A stretch of 64,000 bases of DNA, taken from contig CAVTIC010000006.1 in the NCBI GenBank assembly GCA_963734685.1, positions 211,320 to 275,319 of the forward strand, given 5' to 3'. Of the stretch, positions 20,907 to 29,589 are shown in pieces (position 1 is the first letter of the stretch; every line of letters begins with the position of its first letter). Made by a program: the position numbers and the translations under genes. The DNA comes from an uncultured Actinomycetes bacterium (GTDB lineage: Bacteria; Actinomycetota; UBA4738; HRBIN12). The notes under the pieces were generated by a model, which was not told the DNA's origin, did not search any database, and saw only the letters and a list, made by a program, of their open reading frames with translations.

Positions 20907-21724
20907 CGCCCACGCCGATGTTCAACGAGGACCAGGTGCAGCGATACGCGCGGCACATCATCCTCCCCAACATCGGGGGCAAGGGTCAGCGGAAGCTCCT
21001 CGACAGCTCGGTGCTCGTGATCGGGGCCGGCGGGCTCGGCTCGCCCATCGCGATGTACCTGGCCGCCGCCGGGATCGGCAAGCTCGGCATCGTCGACTTC
21101 GACGCGGTCGACCTGTCGAACCTGCAGCGCCAGATCCTGCACACGAGCGACGACGTCGGCCGCTCGAAGGTCGAGAGCGCGGTCGAGCACTTGCGCGCGA
21201 TCAACCCGACGATCGAGATCGAGGGCCACGACACGCTGCTGTTCTCGACGAACGTGTTCGACGTGTTCGAGGGCTACGACATCATCATCGACGGCACCGA
21301 CAACTTCCCGGTGCGCTACCTCGTGAACGACGCGACGCAGTTCACCGGGAAGCCGCTCGTGTACGGCTCGATCTACCAGTTCGAGGGTCAGGCCACGGTG
21401 TTCATGCCCGGCAAGGAGACGCCCTGCTACCGGTGCCTCTTCCCGTCGCCGCCGCCGCCGGGCACGGTGCCGAGCTGCGCCGAAGGGGGCGTGTTCGGGG
21501 TGCTGCCCGGCGTGATCGGCGCGATCCAGGCGACCGAGGCGATCAAGCTGATCACGGGCGAGGGCGACACGCTCGAGGGACGCCTGCTGCTCTACGACGC
21601 CCTGCACATGGACTTCCAGGAAGTGAAGATCCGCTGGGACGCCGACTGCCCGGTCTGCGGCAAGGAGCCCTCGATCACCGAGCTGATCGACTACGAGGCG
21701 TTCTGCGGCGTGCCCGCCCGCTGA
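20903..21724 (+). CDS. MoeB/ThiF-family E1-like adenylyltransferase (MoeZ-like but lacking a rhodanese domain)
   Basis: VLVIGAGGLGSP nucleotide loop and Zn-binding CYRC...CPVC. GTG overlaps the mec stop (GTGA); alternative ATG at 20918. Confidence 0.85.
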   Translation: MTPTPMFNEDQVQRYARHIILPNIGGKGQRKLLDSSVLVIGAGGLGSPIAMYLAAAGIGKLGIVDFDAVDLSNLQRQILHTSDDVGRSKVESAVEHLRAINPTIEIEGHDTLLFSTNVFDVFEGYDIIIDGTDNFPVRYLVNDATQFTGKPLVYGSIYQFEGQATVFMPGKETPCYRCLFPSPPPPGTVPSCAEGGVFGVLPGVIGAIQATEAIKLITGEGDTLEGRLLLYDALHMDFQEVKIRWDADCPVCGKEPSITELIDYEAFCGVPAR

Positions 21725-21777
21725 GACACTGGTATCGAGGAACGACTTCAGCCCACACGACAGGAGACCGAACGCCG

Positions 21778-22062
21778 ATGGCCGTGACCGTGAAGCTTCC
21801 GACGATCCTGCGCAAGCACGCCGGGGGAGAGGCGAAGGTCGGCGCGGACGGCGCGACGCTCCGCGACGTGCTCACCGACCTCGAGGGCCACTACCCGGGC
21901 ATCACGAAGAACGTGATCTCCGACGACGGCGGCCTGCACCGCTTCATCAACGTCTACGTGAACGACGAGGACGTTCGCTACCTCGGCTCGCTCGAAACGG
22001 AAGTCGTCGACGGCGACACCGTGAGCATCTTGCCGGCGGTCGCCGGCGGCTGCGGCTGCTGA
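21778..22062 (+). CDS. cysO: CysO/ThiS/MoaD-family sulfur carrier with C-terminal ...AVAGG-CGC extension
   Basis: MAVTVKLPTILRKHAGG...FINVYVNDEDVRYLGSLETEVVDGDTVSILPAVAGGCGC* parallels M. tuberculosis CysO (which ends ...AVAGG) plus three extra residues. CAGGAGA RBS. Confidence 0.8.
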   Translation: MAVTVKLPTILRKHAGGEAKVGADGATLRDVLTDLEGHYPGITKNVISDDGGLHRFINVYVNDEDVRYLGSLETEVVDGDTVSILPAVAGGCGC

Positions 22063-22166
22063 ACGCTGGTCTGCCGGCGATCGCATCGAGAGCCACGCCA
22101 CGATCGCGATCAGCACCACTCGCCAGCTCCTGGCATCGTGAGGGATCGCACGGCTACGCTCGCCCG

Positions 22167-22583
22167 ATGATCGAGATCCGCAGGCTCGATCCCGACGACG
22201 TCGACCTCCTCGACGCGGCGGTGCGGGTGCTGAAGGACCGCCCGTCGCCGGCGCCGGAGATGTTCCTGCGCGATCCGCGTGCCCACGCGTTCGTCGCGAT
22301 CGACGACGAGAGAGTCGTCGGGTGCGCGTACGGCTACGAGCTCTTCCGCCCGGACGGCTTCTGGATGATGCTCCTGTACGACCTGGGGGTCGCGGAGCCC
22401 TACCGGAAGCAGGGCCTCGGCCGGGAGCTGCTCGACGCGTTCGTCGAGTTCGCGCGGGGCAAGGGGCATTCGAAGATGTGGCTGTTCACCGATGCCGGCA
22501 ACTCGGCGGCCCGGCGACTGTACGAGGGTGCCGGTGGCGAGCGCGACGACGGGGCGGTCGGCTACTGGTGGGTCTTCGAGTGA
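22167..22583 (+). CDS. GNAT-family N-acetyltransferase
   Basis: Acetyl-CoA motif YRKQGLGRELLDAFVEFARGKG. Confidence 0.8.
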   Translation: MIEIRRLDPDDVDLLDAAVRVLKDRPSPAPEMFLRDPRAHAFVAIDDERVVGCAYGYELFRPDGFWMMLLYDLGVAEPYRKQGLGRELLDAFVEFARGKGHSKMWLFTDAGNSAARRLYEGAGGERDDGAVGYWWVFE

Positions 22584-22643
22584 CCTATTGACCTGCAGGT
22601 CAACCCGGGTCTAGCGTCCGACCCGGAAGGGAGGCGCTTCCCT

Positions 22644-23492
22644 GTGAGGACCCCTACGAGAGGACCGGAGCGTCGGGTGCCTGGCGCGCCGACGGCGTCA
22701 CGTCCGTCGCGCCGTGAGGAAGATCTCATCGTCATCCCCGAGGCTCCGCAGCCGCGGAAGTGGGGCTTGATCGCTGCATCGGTGGCTGCCGGGCTCGCGC
22801 TGGTGCTGGCCCTCGGCCTCGCCGCGGCCTACTGGGGTGAACGTCGAAGCGCCGACGAGCTCGAGGCTCAACTCGAGATCGCGCTCGACGACCAGGCGGC
22901 GCTCACGGGTGCCGCGGCCTCATCACGGGACCGCATCGTCCTGCTCGAGAGCCAGGTGATCGAGATCCAGGAGGAACTCAAGCTGGCCCGTCAAGGGAAG
23001 TCGGTGCTCGCCGCGAGCAAGCGGGAGACACGCGAGCAGCTTCGCCGCTCCCGCGACGAGCTCGAGGTCGAGCGCGCCAGATTCCGCTCGCTCATGGGCC
23101 CGTCGGTCGCCGACGGCACGCACGTCGGCAGGCTGGTGGCGGTCGGCGCCGATCAGACGCCGGTGCGTGTCGTCACCGATCTGGGTCGCTGGTTCACGGG
23201 TCCTGCTGCGACCCAGGCGGCGATCGCAGACGGAGCGATCGCGTCGGGCCACACCATGCCTCGGTACTTCCGCAACGACGACCCGACATGGCGCACTTTG
23301 CCCGTCGACCCGCTCGCGACGGTGACGCTGCTCCGGTGGAACGGCGCCGGCACCTACACGGTCACGCTGGCCGAGCTGCAGCGGCTGTCGGGAGCCGACT
23401 CGAGGCGCGCGGAGGCGGTGTTCCACGACCCGTTCTCGATGGTGGTCGCCGGGGGACAGGTGACGTCGCTCAGGGAGCTGCGCTACCCCTGA
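22644..23492 (+). CDS. Hypothetical membrane-anchored protein with coiled-coil region
   Basis: GTG start after GGAAGGGAGG. TM GLIAASVAAGLALVLALGLAAAY, then a heptad-like region (ELEAQLEIALDDQAAL...LESQVIEIQEELK). Confidence 0.5.
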   Translation: MRTPTRGPERRVPGAPTASRPSRREEDLIVIPEAPQPRKWGLIAASVAAGLALVLALGLAAAYWGERRSADELEAQLEIALDDQAALTGAAASSRDRIVLLESQVIEIQEELKLARQGKSVLAASKRETREQLRRSRDELEVERARFRSLMGPSVADGTHVGRLVAVGADQTPVRVVTDLGRWFTGPAATQAAIADGAIASGHTMPRYFRNDDPTWRTLPVDPLATVTLLRWNGAGTYTVTLAELQRLSGADSRRAEAVFHDPFSMVVAGGQVTSLRELRYP

Positions 23493-24847
23493 TCGTCGAG
23501 CAGCGGGAGCCTCACCTCGAACCGTGCGCCGCCCGTCGGTGCATCGGAGACCGTGACCGTGCCCCGATGCGCATGCACGATCTCGAGCACGATCGCCAGT
23601 CCGAGTCCGGTGCCGCCGGAGTCGCGGTCGCGTGCTTCGTCCAACCGCTCGAACCGCTCGAAGATGCGCTTGCGGTCCCGGGCGGGGATGCCGGCCCCGT
23701 CGTCATCGATCGTGAGGATCACGTCGCCCTCGACCGATTGCAGGGAGACCGTGACCGTCGTCTGGGCGTGCCGGCTGGCGTTGTCCAGGAGGTTGCGCAC
23801 GAGGCGGTCGAGGTGCGCCTCGTCGCCGAGGACCCGTCCCGCCGAGACACCCCTCGTGTCGACTCGCACGTGCGTGTTGGCTGCGCGCAGTCGTGATGCC
23901 TCGGCGAGCACGATGTCGTCGAGGTCGACCTGGGACCGACGGAGCGCCAGCGTGCCCTCGTCTATCCGCGTGAGCAGGAGCAGATCCTCGACCATGCGCT
24001 GCAGGCGCAGGTCTTCGGCGAGCACGACCTCGGCGAGCTCCTGTCCGTCGGTCTGCTCTGGGTGGGCGAGGGCGACCTCGGCATGTTGGCGGATCGCCGC
24101 GATCGGGGACCTGATCTCGTGCGACGCGTCGGAGACGAGACGCCGCTGTCGATCCCGCCCCTCCTCGAGGCGATCGAGCATCGTGTTCATCGTCGTGGCC
24201 AGGTGCGCGATCTCGTCGTCGGCAGGGGGAACCGGCACACGCCGATCGAGGTGATCGCCGGAGATCGTCTGCACCTCGCTGCGGATCGCCTCGACCGGAG
24301 CGAGCGCCCTGCCGACCACGATCCACGTGACCACCGCGACCACCAGCAACAGCATCGGGATGCCGAACGCGATCGGACCGATCACCGCGCTGGTCGTGTC
24401 GGCCACGGGTTCGAGCGTCCGTCCGACCAGGACGGTCTGCTGCCCTTCCGGCAGAGGGACCGCGACCGCGACCACCATGAAAGGTCCGTCCTCGAACGGC
24501 AGACCCTCGATGCGCGTATTCCGGTTGGCCTGAAGATCGACGGCCGGAGCGCTGCCCTTCATGTTCGCCGTTGAGGCGACGACCCGACCGGTCGGATCGA
24601 TGACCTGGACGAACTCCTCGTCCGCGTCGCCCGACTCGATCACGTCAGAGGACTCATCGTCCATGATCGTGTCGGCGATGGTCTCGGCCGTGAGTTGGGC
24701 TGCGTCCCGGATGTTATCGGTGAGCGAACGGCGAAGCTGCCAGACCATGCCGGCGCTCGCGATGACCAGGGCCGCGCCTACCACGAGCACGGCAGCGACG
24801 GTGGTGCGGACGCGGACCCCCGCCATCAACTGACGCAGTCGCATCAT
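23483..24847 (-). CDS. Two-component sensor histidine kinase (TM-periplasmic loop-TM-HAMP-HisKA-HATPase_c)
   Basis: H-box LVSDASHEIRSPIAAI, N/G boxes (DRLVRNLLDNASRHA, DDGAGIP, GGTGLGLAIV). Start MMRLRQL at 24847 with GGAG RBS, 13 nt after the response-regulator stop. Confidence 0.9.
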   Translation of the reverse strand: MMRLRQLMAGVRVRTTVAAVLVVGAALVIASAGMVWQLRRSLTDNIRDAAQLTAETIADTIMDDESSDVIESGDADEEFVQVIDPTGRVVASTANMKGSAPAVDLQANRNTRIEGLPFEDGPFMVVAVAVPLPEGQQTVLVGRTLEPVADTTSAVIGPIAFGIPMLLLVVAVVTWIVVGRALAPVEAIRSEVQTISGDHLDRRVPVPPADDEIAHLATTMNTMLDRLEEGRDRQRRLVSDASHEIRSPIAAIRQHAEVALAHPEQTDGQELAEVVLAEDLRLQRMVEDLLLLTRIDEGTLALRRSQVDLDDIVLAEASRLRAANTHVRVDTRGVSAGRVLGDEAHLDRLVRNLLDNASRHAQTTVTVSLQSVEGDVILTIDDDGAGIPARDRKRIFERFERLDEARDRDSGGTGLGLAIVLEIVHAHRGTVTVSDAPTGGARFEVRLPLLDDQG

Positions 24848-24860
24848 CGGCCTGCTCCGG

Positions 24861-25535
24861 TCACTCGTCGTCGGCCAGACGATAGCCTGCCCCACGCACC
24901 GTCTGCAGGGTATCTCGACCGAACGGGCGATCGATCTTGTTCCGAAGGTGACCCACGTACACCTCGACGATGTTGACGTCGCCTTCGAAGTCGTAGTCCC
25001 AGACGTGGGAGAGGATCTCGGACTTCGAGATCACGGCGCCTGGGTGCCGCATCAGGTACTCGAGGATCGAAGCCTCCCTGGCCGTGAGCTCGATCTCGTC
25101 GTCCCCACGAGATGTCCGACGGCCCCCCGGGTCGAACCGCAGATCCCCCACCTCCAGGATCGCGGGACGGGCCGGCGCCCCTCGTCGGATCAACGCGCGC
25201 AGGTGCGCCAGCAGCACCACGTAGGAGAACGGCTTCGTGAGGTAGTCGTCGGCGCCGATATCGAGCGCCTCCGCCTGATCGCGCTCGCCTTCCTTCGCGG
25301 TCAGCATGAGGATCGGCGTCCAGATCTCCTCTTCCCGGAGGGCCGCGCACACCTCGAAGCCGTTCAGGCCCGGAAGCATGATGTCGAGCACGATCGCATC
25401 GTACGGCTGCTCGCGAGCCATCCAGAGACCGTCGGTCCCCGTCAGGGCGACGTCGGTCGCGAAGCCCTCGGCCTCGAGCCCGCGCTTGAGGCCGGCGGCC
25501 AGCCGTTGCTCGTCTTCGACCACGAGGAGTCGCAT
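24861..25535 (-). CDS. OmpR/PhoB-family response regulator
   Basis: Receiver MRLLVVEDE...DAIVLDIMLPG...LMLTAK, and winged-helix tail VRGAGYRL. Confidence 0.9.
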   Translation of the reverse strand: MRLLVVEDEQRLAAGLKRGLEAEGFATDVALTGTDGLWMAREQPYDAIVLDIMLPGLNGFEVCAALREEEIWTPILMLTAKEGERDQAEALDIGADDYLTKPFSYVVLLAHLRALIRRGAPARPAILEVGDLRFDPGGRRTSRGDDEIELTAREASILEYLMRHPGAVISKSEILSHVWDYDFEGDVNIVEVYVGHLRNKIDRPFGRDTLQTVRGAGYRLADDE

Positions 25536-25553
25536 AGGGAGAAGTATGCCGCT

Positions 25554-25571
25554 CTTCAGCTGAACTTCAGC
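25554..25571. promoter_or_regulatory. Direct repeat CTTCAGC-TGAA-CTTCAGC (11-bp periodicity), candidate OmpR-family RR box
   Basis: Read directly in the 385-nt divergent region between the RR gene and the first RND gene. Assignment is speculative. Confidence 0.3.
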
Positions 25572-25919
25572 AACGATGTGGCAGGCTGCACCTCAACAAG
25601 GGGTCTCGGGCGCACCCGCGACTCCTGGTGGTGTACGGCTAAGGAGCTTTCTCTCCAAATAGGCCGAATGATGTACGTCTAGGGGTTGCGCAAACGTCAC
25701 ACCTGGGCGTACGGTCCGCCCATGCGCGCATCCGCCATCCAGGGGGGGCCGAATGACCGAGTGGGTTCGCACCTCGGCGTAGGGCTCCTGCCCTCCCTCA
25801 ATCGTGGCTTCCTCCCGAACGACATGCGCCGTCTCGTCCGACACGCCCGCAGCAGGTTGGAGCCCGTCTCGCCAATGCCCAGGGGTCCCCCTGGACCGAC
25901 TCGTGGAGGTCGCAGAACC

Positions 25920-28900
25920 ATGATGCGGTGGATCATCGGATCGAGCATCAAGTTCCGTCGCTTGGTGATCGCTGTCGCCGTCGGGTGCCTCGTCTACGGC
26001 GTCCTGCAGCTCGACAACGCCCGGACGGACATCCTGCCGGAGTTCCAGCGGCCGACCGTCGAGGTGCAGACCGAGGCTCTCGGGCTCTCCGCGGAGGAGG
26101 TCGAGGAGCTGATCACGGTGCCCCTCGAGCAGGACCTGCTCGTGGGGATCGCGTTCCTCGACGAGATCGAGTCGGTCTCGCTGCCCGGGCTCTCGTCGGT
26201 GGTCATGACGTTCGAGCCGGGAACGGACGTGCTCGACGCGCGCCAGGTCGTCGCCGAGCGCCTGACCCAGGCGGTCGCGGCCGCCGGGCTGCCGCAGGTC
26301 GCGAAGCCGCCACAGATGATCCAGCCGCTCTCCTCCACCAGCCGCGTCGCGATGGTGAAGCTGTCCTCCGACGAGCTGACGCCGATCGAGATGTCGCATC
26401 CTGTCCCGCTGGGTGATCACTCCGCGCCTGCTCGGCGTCGAGGGCGTCGCCAACGTCTCGACCTGGGGATTCCGTGACCGGCAGCTCCAGGTGCTGGTCG
26501 ACCCGCAGCGGCTCAACGACGCGGGCGTCACGCTCAACCAGGTGATCCAGACCACCGGGAACGCGCTCGAGGTGTCCCCGCTCACGTTCCTCGAGGCCTC
26601 CTCGCCCGGCACCGGCGGCTTCATCGACACGTTGAACCAGCGGCTCCACATCTTCCACGAGCAGGCGATCTCGACGCCCGCAGAGCTCGGCCCAGGTGCC
26701 GATCGAGGATCCGCAGGGCGACGCGGCGACGTCCGGTGGTTCGGCGCCAACGCTGGGCGACGTCACCGACGTCGTCGAGGATCATCAGCCGCTGATCGGC
26801 GACGCGCTCTGCACCGGCGGCGACTGCCTGCTGCTCGTGGTCGAGAAGTTCCCGGACGCCAACACGCCGGAGGTGGCCGACGGGATCGACGCGGCGCTCG
26901 ACGAGCTCGCGCCCGGACTCCCCGGGCTGGCAGATGGACACCTCGATCTACCGCCCGGCCGAGTTCATCGACACGTCCTTCGACAACCTCGGGCGCGCGG
27001 CCCTGATCGGCTGCGATCCTGCTGATCCTCGTGCTGGGAGCGTTCGCCTTCGAGTGGCGCAGCGCCCTGGTCGGCACGGTGGCGATCGCGATGTCGCTCG
27101 CCGCCGCCTGGCTGGTCCTCTACTTCACGGACACCACCGTGAACACGATGATCCTGGCGGGCCTGGTCATGGCGCTCGTCGCGCTGATCGACGACGCGGT
27201 CATCGACGTCGGCAACGTGGCTGCAGCGCGTCCGACAGCATCGCTGCGCAGGGTGACGGTACCCCCGCCTGGCAGGTCGTGATCGAGGCGACGCTCGAGA
27301 TGCGCAGCGCGATCCTGTTCGCGACGCTGATCGTCGGGCGGTCCTCCTGCCCGCGTTCTTCATGGAGGGGGAGGCGGGCGCTTTCCTGCCGGCGATCGCT
27401 ACCGCGTACCTGCTGGCGATCGTGGCTTCGATCGTGGTCGCCGTGACCGTCACGCCCGCGCTCGGCATGATGCTCCTGGGCAACACGACCCGAGAGCGTC
27501 GCGAGTCGCCGGTGGCGCGCTGGCTGCGTCGGCGCTACGACGGGCTCGGCCTCGCGGATCGTGCCCAAGCCCGGCCCGGCGTTCGCCGTCTTCGGCCTCT
27601 TCGCCGTCGCCGGCCTGCGTGGCGTTGCCGTTCCTCGACCAGTCGATGCGCCCCGTCCTCAAGGAGCGCGACGTGGTGGTGAAGCTGGATGCCCCGCCCG
27701 GCACGTCGCTCCAGCGCATGGACGAGATCACGGCGCAGGCCGTCGAGGAGCTGCGATCGCTGCCCGGGGTCGACGACGTGGGCGCGCACGTCGGCCGCGC
27801 CGTGCAGTCGGACCAGATCGTCAACGTGAACTCCGCCGAGGTGTGGGTCAGCATCGACCCCTCCGCCGACTACGACGACACGATCGCCGCGATCGAGTCG
27901 GTCGGCCGGCGGGCTCCCCGACGTCTCGAGACGACGTGCTGACCTACTCCGAGCAGCGGGTCACCGACGTCCTGGGCAGAGGGGACGACGAGATCGTCGT
28001 GCGGCTCTACGGCCAGGACCAGCAGATCCTCGAGACCAAGGCCGAGGAGGTGCGCGCAGCGATCGCGGGATCGACGGGCTCGAGAACGCTGCAGGTCGAG
28101 CTTCCGCCGACGAGCCGACGATCGAGGTGCAGCCGGACATCGCCCGCGCCGAGCAGTACGGTCTCGCGCCGGGCGACGTGCGCCGCGCCGCGACGACGCT
28201 CCTCTCGGGCCTCGTCGTCGGGAACCTGTTCGAGGAACAGAAGGTGTTCGACGTCGCGGTGTGGGGAACCGAGGAGATCCGCCAGAGCGAAACCGACGTC
28301 GAGAGCCTGCTGATCGACACGCCGGACGGGGGACTCGTGCGCCCTCGGCGACGTCGCCGACGTGCGCATCGTGCCGAACGCGGCGGCGATCCGGCACGAG
28401 TCGGTCGAGTCGTACGTCGACGTCGGCGGCCGAACGTCTCCGGCCGGGACGTCGGCGCCGTCGCGGGCGACGTCGAGCAGGCGCTCGAGCAGGTCACGTT
28501 CCCGCTCGAGCACCACGCGCAGGTCCTCGGGGGCTTCGAGGAGGACGCGGCGGCGCGCTCGCGCGTGATCGCCGTCGCGGTGGCGGCGCTGATCGTGATC
28601 TTCCTGCTGCTCCAGGCCGCGTTCGCGAGCTGGCGACTCGCGGCGCTCGCCTTCGTCGGTCCTGCCGATGGCGCTCGCCGGCGGCGTGGTGGCGGCGCTG
28701 ATCGCGGGCGGCGACATCACGCTCGGCTCCGTGGCCGGGTTCGTCGCCGTGCTCGCGCTCGCGGCCCGTAGCGTCGTCGTCCTCATCCGGCACTACCAGC
28801 AGCTGCAGCGCGAGGGCGAGGCGTTCGGCGCCGACCTCGTGATCCGAGGGACCAGGGAACGGCTCGTGCCGATCCTGACGTCCGCGCTGGGGTCGGCCGT

Positions 28901-29131
28901 CGTCTTCATCCCGTTCGCCTGAGCAGCGGTGCCGGCCGGGTTCGAGATCGTCGGGCCGATGGCCATCGTGATCCTGGGCGGACTGGTCACGACGACGCTG
29001 CTGACCTCGTCGTGGTCCCCGCGATCTACCTGCGGTTCGGCTTCGTCGCCGAACCGGACACGTCGGCCGAGGATCTGTTCGTCAAGGTTCCCGACGATCG
29101 ACACGGTCCGGAGGGTAGGTGGGACCGATGA
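25920..29131 (+). pseudogene. CusA/CzcA-like efflux RND transporter permease, copy 1, broken by at least 10 frame changes
   Basis: N-terminus MMRWIIGSSIKFRRLVIAVAVG...PEFQRPTVEVQTEALGLSAEEVEELITVPLEQ is HME-RND-like. The protein continues across track ORFs 26413, 26696, 26934, 27031, 27362, 27619, 27561, 28127, 28668 and 28929, each in a different frame. Several junctions sit at C/G homopolymers (for example gtcccgctgg ~26410, ggcccagg ~26700). The stop overlaps the next ATG. Confidence 0.8.
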
Positions 29132-29561
29132 AGCGCAGCCTCCTTGCGATCGCCGTGATCCCCGTCGCCGCCTTGATCCTGACGGCCTGCGGCGGAACGG
29201 TGTCGGACGAGTACGAGATCGAAGAGCAGCCCTACACCCTGGAGCCGATCGAGGGTGAGGACGTGCTCCGCGTCACCCTGACCGAATCGGCAGTGGAGCA
29301 CATCGGCATCGAGACGGTGCCGGTCGAGACAGCGCGGCTCGAGGTTGGTCGTGCCCTACGACGCGGTGTACATCGACTCCCACGGTGGGCTTCTGGGTCT
29401 ACACGAACCCCGAGCCGCTCGTGTACGTTCGAGCCCCGATCGACATCGTCCGCGAGACGTCGACCGAGGCGTTCCTCGCCGACGGGCCGCCCGCCGGAAC
29501 CCAGGTCGTGACGGTCGGGGCCCCGGAGCTGTACGGAACCGAGACGGAGTTCGGTACGTAG
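29128..29561 (+). pseudogene. Small efflux-associated lipoprotein (periplasmic adaptor-like), frameshifted
   Basis: MKRSLLAIAVIPVAALILTAC lipobox; the body is spread over three frames (..ARLEV / VVPYDAVYIDSHGG / WVYTNPEPLVYVRAPIDIVRETSTEAFLADGPPAGTQVVTVGAPELYGTETEFGT*). Confidence 0.5.
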
Positions 29562-29589
29562 GCGTGATCACGGAAGGAAGGAACGCGCG

